A model generated the notes under the pieces. It saw nothing but the letters and a program-made list of their open reading frames with translations. It did not search any database and was not told where the DNA came from. Positions 27,714 to 37,211 of a stretch of DNA of 59,757 bases are shown here, one piece after another. How positions within the stretch are numbered: the first letter of the stretch is position 1; each line of letters starts with the position of its first letter. The translations under genes and the position numbers were made by a program. The stretch comes from Chloroflexota bacterium (GTDB lineage: Bacteria; Chloroflexota; UBA5177): positions 1 through 59,757 of the forward strand of contig JANWJD010000057.1 in NCBI GenBank assembly GCA_025449555.1. Direction: 5' to 3'.

Positions 27714-28559
27714 TCAGTGCAGGCCACTCATCACGATCTGATAGCCACCGCCGGGATAGGGCGAACCGGAGAGCCGTAAAAGCAGAGCCTGTCCCGGCGC
27801 CAGGCCGGAGAACGAGGCGCTGGCCGACCCCCCCGATTTGTACTTGACGGTGGCCACGCCGGCAAAGGTCTTGCCACTCCGGTTCAGCACCGAAATCGTG
27901 CCGATTCCGCCCGATCCACTGGCGAAAGTGGCGTTGTAACCAACCACCAACCAGGTCGCGGGCAGCCCGCTCAAATTGGGTACCGCGGCCCCGCTCGTCG
28001 ATCCACTGCCGGCCGCGACAGTACCGCTGTTGCCCACTGAGCCGATCGAACTTACCGACGTGGGTGCAAGCCCGGGCGCGGATACAGCGCCGCTATTGGA
28101 AGCGCCGGCAGTACTCGTGTTCGGCACAGCAGTAGGCGCTGCCGTGGCCGACGCCCGATACGAAGCCGCCTGCCGGCGTGCAGTTGCGATCAACGCGCTT
28201 GCCTGCCGGCGCGCCTTCGAGTTGGCTGAAGCAACGATCGAGTGCCCCGCCGATTGTGCCTGTCGGACGATGGCTGTGGCCTGTGCCTGAGCCCTATGGA
28301 TATCCTGTGCAACCAGGGCACTGGTCGTCGCCGGCTTCACCGTCGCCGTGGCTTTGGTCGAGTTGCCCGATACCTTCCCGGCTACAAACGACCCGGCGCT
28401 GACGACGCCCACGACCGCAAAAAGCACGACGACTCCGGCTGCGAGGACGAGCGCCGCGTCCAGCCGTTTGCGACCGGATGGTCGCTCTGCTCTATTGACG
28501 ATGGCTCGGTCCACGATGCCCTCCTGCCGGAATTCTTCGGCATTATAGAGCACTCGCAA
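27714..28559 (-). CDS. Membrane-anchored surface protein: TM, Ala-rich helix, S/T/P linker, C-terminal beta domain
   Basis: Single TM LVLAAGVVVLFAVVGVV, helical AQAQATAIVRQAQ..., low-complexity linker, beta-rich C-terminus. Confidence 0.7.
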   Translation of the reverse strand: MRVLYNAEEFRQEGIVDRAIVNRAERPSGRKRLDAALVLAAGVVVLFAVVGVVSAGSFVAGKVSGNSTKATATVKPATTSALVAQDIHRAQAQATAIVRQAQSAGHSIVASANSKARRQASALIATARRQAASYRASATAAPTAVPNTSTAGASNSGAVSAPGLAPTSVSSIGSVGNSGTVAAGSGSTSGAAVPNLSGLPATWLVVGYNATFASGSGGIGTISVLNRSGKTFAGVATVKYKSGGSASASFSGLAPGQALLLRLSGSPYPGGGYQIVMSGLH

Positions 28560-28654
28560 GGCACCGTGACGGGATATTTTGCGTGCCTCAGATGCCCCGC
28601 AGACGCCCTACGTCGTTCGCCGGATCGACCACTCCGTCAGCCGCCCAATCGCAC

Positions 28655-30136
28655 TTATTTCAATTTGAAGCCGCGTTCGTTCAGCGCTGCGACCATAACT
28701 TTACGGGCGATCGGCGCTGCGTATTCAAAGCCCTCGCCGGAGAATTGATGGAGCACGGCGACTGCCACCACCGGATGCAGTGCCGGCGCAAAACAGATGA
28801 ACCATGCGTTGGCTCGATTACCCCCGCTCGCGGCAGTGCCGGTCTTTCCGGCCACCTGCACTCCTTGAATTTGCGCTTTGAAACCGGACCCGTGATTGAC
28901 CACAAATGACATGGCATTCGTAATGTCGGCGGCCGTCGCGCGAGTCATCACACGACCGAGCGGCCTGGGTGCGTACGTCCGCAACGCGTGGCCGCCTGGA
29001 GTCAGCACCGATTGGACCAGGTGTGGCGCCATCATGACTCCACCGTTGGCCACGGTTCCCGCCACCAGTGCCATTTGCAGTGGTGTGACCTTATCGACAC
29101 CAGCGCCAAACGCGCTCTGTGCTAACTCGGATTTCGAGGGGTACAATCTGCCGTTCGCGATCGAACTGACCGCTACCGGCAGATCAAATGGTATCGTGCG
29201 ACCGATCAGATATCGATGAGCGTACCGAATTAGGGTAGGAGCTCCGAGCGTGAGTCCGATGTGCGCGAACGTGAAGTTATCGCTAAAGGCCAGCGCCTGA
29301 CTCAAAGTGAGCGCGTGTAAATCGGACCGCGTCACGTTGGAAGGATACACACTGTTATCGAAGTACGGACTCGGGCCAAAAACGTCGGTTCCGGCAAAGA
29401 CATCGCTCAGGTGGAATCGTCCCGAATCAAGTGCCGCGGTCAGCGTGACGATCTTGAAGTCCGAGCCCGGTGGATAGACGCGAGCGACGGCGCGATTCAC
29501 TAATTGACCGGCAGGCGCCGTAACGCATCGTTGGTAGCGAGCACGTGAGTCTATGGCGGAGGACGGACATGAGGGCTTGCTTACCATGGCCAGCACCGCG
29601 CCGGTGCGCGGATCCAGCGCCACAACCGCGCCCGTGGCGTTGCCCAGCGCCGTGGTGGCGACTGCCTGAACGTGCCGGGAGAGCGTCGTCTGCACGGTAT
29701 CTCCGCGCACTACCCTTCCCAGGAGGTGCGAGACGGAAGACCGCCAGTCGCGCCGCGCGCTGACGGCATCCAGGAAACCGGAATAGAGATCTTCCAGGCC
29801 GTACCAGCGAGCGGCCGGTGATCGGTAGCCAAGAATTGGAGCCAGACCGGGTAGGGTGTACACGCGCTTTGCACCTCGGGCAGAGACGGTGCTGTAGGCC
29901 AGCGGATGACCGAATCGGTCGACGATGGCACCGCGAGCCTGCCCCGATGCTTCCACCCACTCTGCGCGCTGAGCCAGATCGTCGACGTGCGCCACTCCCA
30001 AAAATATGACCATGGCACATATGATGCATCCGATGAGCGGGACGATGGCAGGCCAATCAACCTTCAGATCGCGCGGATCACGATCCGGCACGGGTGCCTG
30101 TGCGCCGGGGTGAGGCTCCGCTTCAACGTCTGACAC
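28655..30136 (-). CDS. Class B penicillin-binding protein / transpeptidase (PbpA-like)
   Basis: RGAIVDR, GAVVALDPRTGAVLAM, SxxK (SDFK), SxN (SDN), KTG; GTG 30136 after GGGGAGGG. Confidence 0.9.
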   Translation of the reverse strand: MSDVEAEPHPGAQAPVPDRDPRDLKVDWPAIVPLIGCIICAMVIFLGVAHVDDLAQRAEWVEASGQARGAIVDRFGHPLAYSTVSARGAKRVYTLPGLAPILGYRSPAARWYGLEDLYSGFLDAVSARRDWRSSVSHLLGRVVRGDTVQTTLSRHVQAVATTALGNATGAVVALDPRTGAVLAMVSKPSCPSSAIDSRARYQRCVTAPAGQLVNRAVARVYPPGSDFKIVTLTAALDSGRFHLSDVFAGTDVFGPSPYFDNSVYPSNVTRSDLHALTLSQALAFSDNFTFAHIGLTLGAPTLIRYAHRYLIGRTIPFDLPVAVSSIANGRLYPSKSELAQSAFGAGVDKVTPLQMALVAGTVANGGVMMAPHLVQSVLTPGGHALRTYAPRPLGRVMTRATAADITNAMSFVVNHGSGFKAQIQGVQVAGKTGTAASGGNRANAWFICFAPALHPVVAVAVLHQFSGEGFEYAAPIARKVMVAALNERGFKLK

Positions 30137-30277
30137 GCGATTCGCCCTCCCCGATTGACCTCGACGCAAGCCCTTCCACCTCCATCCTCGCAGAAAATCT
30201 GTCTGGTAGCATGAGGCGGCTAGAGGATTTCAGCGGTCGCATCCTGCAACGTGGGTGATCTGAAGGAGAAGCACACC

Positions 30278-31099
30278 ATGGTCACTGAGGAAAGGGCTGA
30301 GAGTTCCGAACTACGTGCCGGCAGCCCACTCGGGCTCGACGTCCGGGGTGCTCTGGCATACATCCGGCTCAACAAGCCGAAGCTTAACTTGTACGATCAA
30401 CAGCTTATTACCGAGCTAAATGCTGCCATCGACGAGATCCGATTCAACGACGAAATCCGCGTCGTCATCCTTGCAAGCGATCTCGAAAAGGTCTTCTCCG
30501 CCGGCGCCGACATCCACATGCTCAAGGCAAGCGACCCCGGTTTCAAGGCTGCCTTCTGCCTCGGAGCCCAGGAAACATTGGCGAAGATGGAACGCACGCC
30601 GAAGATCTTTCTGGCCGCGATGCACGGGCACACGGTGGGAGGGGGCCTTGAAATCGCCCTTGCGACTGATATTCGCTTTGCGGCCGATAGCCCCGCGGTA
30701 CAAATCGGGTTGCCCGAGGTCAAGCTAGGGGTCCTGCCTGGAACAGGCGGGACGCAGCGTCTCTCGCGCTTGATCGGTAAATCCAGAGCACTTGACCTGA
30801 TGATTACCGGCCGGCTACTGACGCCGCAGGAGGCGCTCGAGATCGGTCTGGTGAATTACCTCTACCCGCCGGACCGTCTGATGGAAGAAGTCGAGAAGTA
30901 CGCGCACCACCTTCTCTCCGGCGCGACCAAAGCGATCGGATTGATCAAGCAGGCAGTCGTACAGGGTACAGAGGTCCATCTGGACGCTGGTTTCTTTATG
31001 GAACGTGAGCTTCAGAACCGACTCTTTGCCTCACATGATGCGCAAGAGGGCCTGCAAGCGTTCATCGACAAACGTCCCCCGGAATTCAACGGCAAGTAG
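30278..31099 (+). CDS. Enoyl-CoA hydratase/isomerase family protein
   Basis: FSAGAD, GHTVGGGLEIALATD, GLPEVKLGVLPGTGGTQRL, EGLQAFIDKR.P; ATG 30278 after AAGGAG. Confidence 0.92.
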   Translation: MVTEERAESSELRAGSPLGLDVRGALAYIRLNKPKLNLYDQQLITELNAAIDEIRFNDEIRVVILASDLEKVFSAGADIHMLKASDPGFKAAFCLGAQETLAKMERTPKIFLAAMHGHTVGGGLEIALATDIRFAADSPAVQIGLPEVKLGVLPGTGGTQRLSRLIGKSRALDLMITGRLLTPQEALEIGLVNYLYPPDRLMEEVEKYAHHLLSGATKAIGLIKQAVVQGTEVHLDAGFFMERELQNRLFASHDAQEGLQAFIDKRPPEFNGK

Positions 31100-31110
31100 G
31101 CGTTTCGACG

Positions 31111-31857
31111 TTGAACCCGGTCCCTGCAGTCGACGCAGCGACCGTCATCCTGGTCCGGGAGGGCCTGGACGCCGAGTTTCCATGGGAGCTGTTTCTGGTT
31201 CGTCGACCGGTGCGAAGCGACTTCGCGGCGGATGTGTACGTATTCCCCGGCGGCAAAGTCGACCCGGCCGACCGGGATCCGGAGCTTACGTCACTCTTCG
31301 ATGCGTCTCTGCCGGAAAACGCGCCCGATGGGCCGGCCTTTAGAACGGCGGCAGTTCGAGAACTGTTCGAGGAGGCAGGTGTGCTGTTGACCGCAAACCA
31401 CGATGCTCCCGGCCCGCGCGGATATGAGGACTTTCGTCGTCGCTTACAGTCGAGTGACGTCGATCTGAAAGCGATCGTCAGTACGCTGAAAACCAGGATT
31501 GGCGTGACAGCCCTGCACCCGTTCGCACACTGGATCACGCCGGAAACGATGCCTCGACGCTATGACACCTGGTTCTACCTTGCACATTTGCCGCAAGAGC
31601 AGTCGGCACGACATGACCTCGTCGAGACCGTCCACAGCGTGTGGATTTCGCCGCGAGACGCACTACGTCGAGCGAGTCTCGGCGCGTTTCCCCTGGTCTT
31701 TGTCACGCAGCGGCTCCTGGAGAGGATGGTGGCATATCAATCGATCGATGGGCTGCTCGAGTCCGTCTCGCCTGGGGACTTGCAGCCTGTGATGCCCAGG
31801 GTTGTGGATCGTGCCGATGGGACGGTGTTCCTGCTGCCAGGCGACTCGGGCTACTGA
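31111..31857 (+). CDS. NUDIX hydrolase (NUDT19-like subfamily)
   Basis: VFPGGKVD..D, AAVRELFEEAG, HWITP...PRRYDTWF. Confidence 0.85.
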   Translation: MNPVPAVDAATVILVREGLDAEFPWELFLVRRPVRSDFAADVYVFPGGKVDPADRDPELTSLFDASLPENAPDGPAFRTAAVRELFEEAGVLLTANHDAPGPRGYEDFRRRLQSSDVDLKAIVSTLKTRIGVTALHPFAHWITPETMPRRYDTWFYLAHLPQEQSARHDLVETVHSVWISPRDALRRASLGAFPLVFVTQRLLERMVAYQSIDGLLESVSPGDLQPVMPRVVDRADGTVFLLPGDSGY

Positions 31858-32699
31858 CGGAACTCGACCGGATACCACACCTCGCCTTCGTGCCGGACCT
31901 GCCCTTCACATTCCAGCTTCTGAAGGCCCGCATGCACCGATCCTGCCGCGAGTTCTTGCAACTCGAGCGGAGTGTCGGCGTAGAGGCGTGCCACCAGTGA
32001 AGGTATCGAGGACGGCACCTCGGTGAGCGCACCCAGCAGTTCTGCCTCTCGCTGTTGACGGTGTTCGATGTATTCCCGAATCTTGCCATCTGCGTCGTTC
32101 ACAATCGGTCCATGTCCCGGGGCTATGCAACGCGGATGCATCCGGCGCAGAACGTCGAGGGAAGCGACGTATGCGGTCATGTCACCTTCAGGCGGAGCAA
32201 CCAGGGTCGAGCCCTGACCCAATATCGTGTCGCCGGTAAATATGATGCCCGGCGGATCGAGGAAATACGAGACGCTATCCGGGGTGTGACCGGGCGTGGC
32301 CACGACTCGTAGGAGGCCGTTTTCGACGCCAAAAACCGCATCGGGCTGAAGGGTCGCATGATTCGTGGCGACATACAGTGGATACGGGGCCGAGTCGGCT
32401 GCGCGAATAGGCGCATGGAGCAGCTGCGCCAAATGCATCGCCCCCAAGGCGTGGTCCGGATGTCCGTGCGTGAGGAGGATCGCACTCACCGTGCGGTGGG
32501 TGGTGTTCACCCAGTCCACCAGAGACGACAGGTGTCGATCGTCGTCAGGACCAGGATCGACTATGTACGCCTGCTCCCGTCCCACGACATACGTGTTCGT
32601 GCCCTGGAGGGTCATCGGTCCGGCATTCGAGGCTGTGAAGCGATACGCGACTCCGAGGACCTCGGTCGGTTCGCTCGCCTTGCGGAAAGAACTGCTCAT
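31851..32699 (-). CDS. MBL-fold metallo-hydrolase (LACTB2-like) with C-terminal winged helix
   Basis: NAGPMTL.GTNTY, THGHPDH, TPGHT, FTGDTILG, PGHG. Confidence 0.88.
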   Translation of the reverse strand: MSSSFRKASEPTEVLGVAYRFTASNAGPMTLQGTNTYVVGREQAYIVDPGPDDDRHLSSLVDWVNTTHRTVSAILLTHGHPDHALGAMHLAQLLHAPIRAADSAPYPLYVATNHATLQPDAVFGVENGLLRVVATPGHTPDSVSYFLDPPGIIFTGDTILGQGSTLVAPPEGDMTAYVASLDVLRRMHPRCIAPGHGPIVNDADGKIREYIEHRQQREAELLGALTEVPSSIPSLVARLYADTPLELQELAAGSVHAGLQKLECEGQVRHEGEVWYPVEFRQ

Positions 32700-32815
32700 C
32701 CTTGCGACCGCTAACTCCGGATCTTCGCGTCCTCAGTTCGTCGGTGCGGCCCGCGCCGATAGCCACCAATTGAGAGTAGCGTCTACTATCAATCACTCCC
32801 CTGTAAAGGTTTCGT

Positions 32816-34150
32816 ATGGCCATCGAAGAACAAATCGTCTCCATGGACAAGCTGGTCGCACTTTGTAAGCGACGCGGCTTTGTATTCGGCAGCAGTGAGC
32901 TCTACGGAGGTCTGAGTGGCTTCTGGGACTACGGGCCGCTCGGCGTTGAGCTAAAACAGAACATCAAACGCGCCTGGTGGCGCGCAAATGTCCACCTGCG
33001 AGATGACGTGGTCGGGCTTGAGTCTGCACTCATCATGCCGTCGGCCATATGGGCTGCTTCGGGGCACCTGCAGAACTTTAATGACCCGTTGGTGGAATGT
33101 CAGAGCTGCAAACGCCGTTTCCGAGCGGACGATCTGGAGGGCGCAACAGTCTGCCCGCAATGCGGTGGGCCACTGAGCGAGGCCAGGCAGTTCAACACCA
33201 TGTTTCAGACTCAGGTGGGACCGGTTGCCGACGAAGGCTCGATCGCCTATCTCCGTCCGGAAACGGCTCAGGGCACGTTCGTGAACTTCAAGAACGTGCT
33301 GCAGTCGACGCCCCACAAGATCCCCTTCGGCATCGCCCAGATTGGGAAGTCGTTCCGCAACGAGATAACGACCGGAAACTTCATCTTCCGCAGCCGCGAG
33401 TTCGAACAAATGGAGCTCGAGTTCTTCGTCAAACCGGGAACGGACGATGAATGGTTTGACTATTGGCGCGACGAGCGCATGCGATGGTGGACCCATGACA
33501 TTGGCATCCGACCGCAAAACATTCGCCTGCGTGATCACGCAGTCTCAGAACTCTCTCACTACTCGAAGCAAACGTCGGATTTCGAATACCGCTATCCGTT
33601 TGGTACCCGCGAGTTGGAGGGCGTGGCGGACCGCACGGATTTCGACCTCAAGGCGCACATGGCGGGTTCCGGCATCGATCTCACGTACTACGACGACGAA
33701 ACGCAAGAACGGTATGTTCCCTATGTCATCGAGCCGGCTGTCGGCGTCGATCGGACGTTCCTGGTGGTATTGCTGGATGCCTATGACGAGGAACAAACGG
33801 GGCCCAAGCCTTCCGATCGACGCACGGTACTTCGATTGAAGTCGCAGCTGGCTCCATACAAAGTAGCGGTGTTCCCGTTGGTAGCAAACAAACCAGACCT
33901 GGTGGCACGTGCTCGCTCCATTTACGCCACACTCAAACCCGAGATGATGGTGGCCTGGGACTCGATTGGAAATGTTGGCAAACGGTACCGCCGCCAGGAT
34001 GAGGTCGGCACGCCCTGGTGCGTCACTGTCGATTACCAGACGCTCGAGGACAGCACGGTCACGGTGCGCGACCGGGACACGATGACGCAGGAGCGGCATC
34101 CGGTAGTCGGACTGAGCGACCTGTTCAGAGAGCGCCTGGTCGCGGGCTAA
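32816..34150 (+). CDS. glyQS: Glycine--tRNA ligase, alpha2 (homodimeric) type
   Basis: KRRGF..SSE.YGG..G.WDYGPLG, YLRPETAQG, FRNEIT.GNFIFR.REFEQME, VIEPAVG.DR, YRRQDEVGTP. Confidence 0.96.
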   Translation: MAIEEQIVSMDKLVALCKRRGFVFGSSELYGGLSGFWDYGPLGVELKQNIKRAWWRANVHLRDDVVGLESALIMPSAIWAASGHLQNFNDPLVECQSCKRRFRADDLEGATVCPQCGGPLSEARQFNTMFQTQVGPVADEGSIAYLRPETAQGTFVNFKNVLQSTPHKIPFGIAQIGKSFRNEITTGNFIFRSREFEQMELEFFVKPGTDDEWFDYWRDERMRWWTHDIGIRPQNIRLRDHAVSELSHYSKQTSDFEYRYPFGTRELEGVADRTDFDLKAHMAGSGIDLTYYDDETQERYVPYVIEPAVGVDRTFLVVLLDAYDEEQTGPKPSDRRTVLRLKSQLAPYKVAVFPLVANKPDLVARARSIYATLKPEMMVAWDSIGNVGKRYRRQDEVGTPWCVTVDYQTLEDSTVTVRDRDTMTQERHPVVGLSDLFRERLVAG

Positions 34151-34267
34151 CGCCGGGCCGGTCGCACCCCCACGGGTATAATGGCCGCGCAAGCGGGCCG
34201 ACGTACGCCCCTGAGTTGACATGTATATAACGGCGCGCCGTTGAGGATCGGAACAGGAGAAGGACAG

Positions 34268-37120
34268 ATGGCACAGACACTAACAGAGCAATCCGAAGGA
34301 ACTCGGTCCGGGAAGAAGTGGGTATATCTGTTCGACGAAGGGAACGCGTCAATGCGCGATCTCCTCGGCGGCAAAGGCGCGGGCGTGGCGGAAATGACCC
34401 GTGCCGGTCTTCCCGTTCCTCCCGGATTCACCATCACGACTGAAGCGTGCAACAGCTACCTGGCGGAGGGCGAACGATTTCCTGATGGGTTGTGGGAGCA
34501 GGCGCGCTCGGCACTCAAGACGATCGAAGAGAAAACAGGTCGTGGATTCGGCGACCCACATAATCCGTTGCTCGTGTCGGTCCGGTCCGGTGCAAAGTTT
34601 TCCATGCCGGGAATGATGGACACGGTATTGAACCTGGGTCTCAATGATGACACGGCACAGGGATTGGGTCGCCAGGCCGGTGATCAGCGATTCGCGTGCG
34701 ACGCCTACCGGCGCTTCATTCAGATGTTTGGGAAAATCGTGCTCGACATCGACCCCACATTGTTCGAGCATGCGCTCGAGGCCAAGAAGGAGCGGAAGGG
34801 CGTGGCCACCGATGCCGATCTTTCGGTGGATGATCTGCGGGAGCTGGTCGACGAATTCAAGTCGATCATTCGGAGCCAGATCGGCCAGGACTTCCCCACG
34901 GATCCCTATGAGCAGCTCAAAGCCTCTATCTCGGCCGTCTTCCGAAGCTGGAACGGCGACCGTGCCCGGGCCTACCGAGAGAACGAACACATCGCGGACG
35001 ATCTCGGTACGGCAGTCAACGTGCAAGCCATGGTATTCGGAAATATGGGAAACGACTCCGGAACCGGCGTGGCGTTCACGCGCGACCCGTCGACCGGAGA
35101 TGAACACCTTTTCGGCGAATATCTGATCAATGCGCAGGGCGAAGACGTGGTAGCCGGCATTCGAACTCCACGACCTATCAGCGCCCTGCACGAGGAAATG
35201 CCCGCTGCCTACGCCCAGTTCCAGGAAATTGCGACCCGCATGGAGCAGCACTATCGCGACATGCAAGACCTCGAGTTCACCATCGAGCGCGGTAAGCTGT
35301 ATATGCTGCAGACCAGAAACGCGAAGCGAACCGCAGCCGCGGCCGTAAAAGTGGCGGTCGATATGGTGAACGAAGGACTGATCACAAAGGACGAGGCGCT
35401 GCTGCGCATCGATCCGAAGCATGTCGTGCAGCTCCTCCTCCCGCGCTTCGAAGAGAGCGCCCGACAGGCAGCGGTCAGAGACACTCGATTGCTGGCCAGA
35501 GGTTTGAACGCGTCCCCCGGCGCTGCCGTCGGAAAGGCAGTCTTTGACGCTGACCGAGCCGCCGAACGCGGCGGCACGGGAGAGGCGGTCATTCTGGTGA
35601 GACCGGAAACGTCGCCCGATGACGTGCACGGCATGATTGCCTCAAAAGGCATCCTGACCGCGCGCGGGGGCGCGACCAGTCATGCTGCCGTGGTTGCACG
35701 CGGCATGGGCAAGCCGTGCGTGGCCGGAGTCGAAACACTGCGCGTTGACCTCGTTAATCGCAGCATGTCGGTCGATGGAAAGACGGTCCAGGAGGGCGAC
35801 ACGATCAGTATTGACGGCGCAACCGGCGAAGTTTTCCTCGGTGCCATCAATGCGATCGCCCCGAATTTTTCCGAAGAGCGAGAGTTGTCACAGATACTCT
35901 CCTGGGCGGACGACATTCGGCGTCTCGAAGTCTGGGCAAATGCGGATTATCCACGAGACGCGGAACGAGCGCGTGAGTACGGCGCCCAGGGGATCGGCCT
36001 GTGCCGAACGGAACACATGTTCTTCGAGGAGGAGCGTCTTCCGATCGTGCACAAGATGATCCTGTCCGCCGACGAGGCAGCTCGCATCGAGAATGAACTG
36101 AGCCAGTTGGAGGAGGAAGCCAATCGTGGCGGTCGCAAAGACCCGAGGCTTCAGGAACGGCTGGAAGCCGCTCGGAAGCGGGCTGAGACTTCCGAGGCGG
36201 TTCGAGCGTACCGGGAGGCGTTGACCCAGCTTCTTCCCATTCAAAAAGGAGACTTTCGAGGGGTTCTTGGCGCCATGCACGGGCTCCCCGTGGTCATTCG
36301 CCTCATTGATCCGCCCTTGCACGAGTTCCTGCCGTCGTACGACGAGCTTATCGCCGACGTCACAGCTCTGAGGATTCGTGGAAACAATCCGGCCGAATTG
36401 GCGGAGAAGGAACGCTTGCTGCAGGCGGTGGGGAGCATGCGCGAACAGAATCCCATGCTCGGCCTGAGGGGTATCCGCCTCGGCATACTCTACCCGGCCA
36501 TCATCGACATGCAGGTTCGGGCCATCCTGACCGCGGCCGTGGAGCTCCAACAGGAGGGACTGGATGTGCGGCCCGAAATAATGGTCCCACTGGTCGGCAC
36601 CGCGGCAGAGATGCGATTCGCGCGCGAACGCATCGAGCGGGTTGCGCAGGAGGTACTCTCCGAGACCGGGGTCAACCTTCACTACAAGATCGGCACCATG
36701 ATTGAGATTCCGCGTGCCGCCTTGACCGCGGATGAGATCGCGCAAGATGCAGAGTTCTTCAGCTTCGGCACGAACGACCTGACGCAGACAACCTTTGGCT
36801 ACTCGCGCGACGATGCGGAAGGAAAATTCCTGCTTCGCTACGTCGACCTTGGCATCTTGCCGACCAACCCGTTCCAGGAGCTCGATCGGACAGGCGTGGG
36901 CAAACTCATGCAGATGGCTGTCGAGTCGGGCCGAGCCACCCGACCGGATCTCGAAATCGGGATTTGCGGCGAGCATGGCGGCGACCCGAGTTCGGTCGAG
37001 TTCTGCAACTCCATCGGCTTGAACTATGTAAGTTGCTCGCCCTTCCGGGTTCCGGTGGCCCGACTGGCGGCAGCCCAGGCGGTGATCGCGCAGAACGCAA
37101 CCAAGTCGGACACGCGCTAA
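34268..37120 (+). CDS. ppdK: Pyruvate, phosphate dikinase
   Basis: LLGGKGA, PLLVSVRSGA..SMPGMMDT, TSHAAVVAR (catalytic His), RTEHMF, FSFGTNDLTQ, ICGEHGG; ATG 34268 after AGGAGAAGGA. Confidence 0.97.
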   Translation: MAQTLTEQSEGTRSGKKWVYLFDEGNASMRDLLGGKGAGVAEMTRAGLPVPPGFTITTEACNSYLAEGERFPDGLWEQARSALKTIEEKTGRGFGDPHNPLLVSVRSGAKFSMPGMMDTVLNLGLNDDTAQGLGRQAGDQRFACDAYRRFIQMFGKIVLDIDPTLFEHALEAKKERKGVATDADLSVDDLRELVDEFKSIIRSQIGQDFPTDPYEQLKASISAVFRSWNGDRARAYRENEHIADDLGTAVNVQAMVFGNMGNDSGTGVAFTRDPSTGDEHLFGEYLINAQGEDVVAGIRTPRPISALHEEMPAAYAQFQEIATRMEQHYRDMQDLEFTIERGKLYMLQTRNAKRTAAAAVKVAVDMVNEGLITKDEALLRIDPKHVVQLLLPRFEESARQAAVRDTRLLARGLNASPGAAVGKAVFDADRAAERGGTGEAVILVRPETSPDDVHGMIASKGILTARGGATSHAAVVARGMGKPCVAGVETLRVDLVNRSMSVDGKTVQEGDTISIDGATGEVFLGAINAIAPNFSEERELSQILSWADDIRRLEVWANADYPRDAERAREYGAQGIGLCRTEHMFFEEERLPIVHKMILSADEAARIENELSQLEEEANRGGRKDPRLQERLEAARKRAETSEAVRAYREALTQLLPIQKGDFRGVLGAMHGLPVVIRLIDPPLHEFLPSYDELIADVTALRIRGNNPAELAEKERLLQAVGSMREQNPMLGLRGIRLGILYPAIIDMQVRAILTAAVELQQEGLDVRPEIMVPLVGTAAEMRFARERIERVAQEVLSETGVNLHYKIGTMIEIPRAALTADEIAQDAEFFSFGTNDLTQTTFGYSRDDAEGKFLLRYVDLGILPTNPFQELDRTGVGKLMQMAVESGRATRPDLEIGICGEHGGDPSSVEFCNSIGLNYVSCSPFRVPVARLAAAQAVIAQNATKSDTR

Positions 37121-37141
37121 AGCAACCTTGGAAGCCCGCGG

Positions 37142-37161
37142 GGGATGGCACACGCCATCCC
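37142..37161. terminator. Hairpin between convergent ppdK and ubiE
   Basis: GGGATGGC-ACAC-GCCATCCC, 8-bp stem; no clear U-tract. Confidence 0.5.
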
Positions 37162-37211
37162 TCGCTTCCCTCGCGCCGGCAGTTTCAGCTCCGCCGCGAA
37201 ACGTGTCCAGC

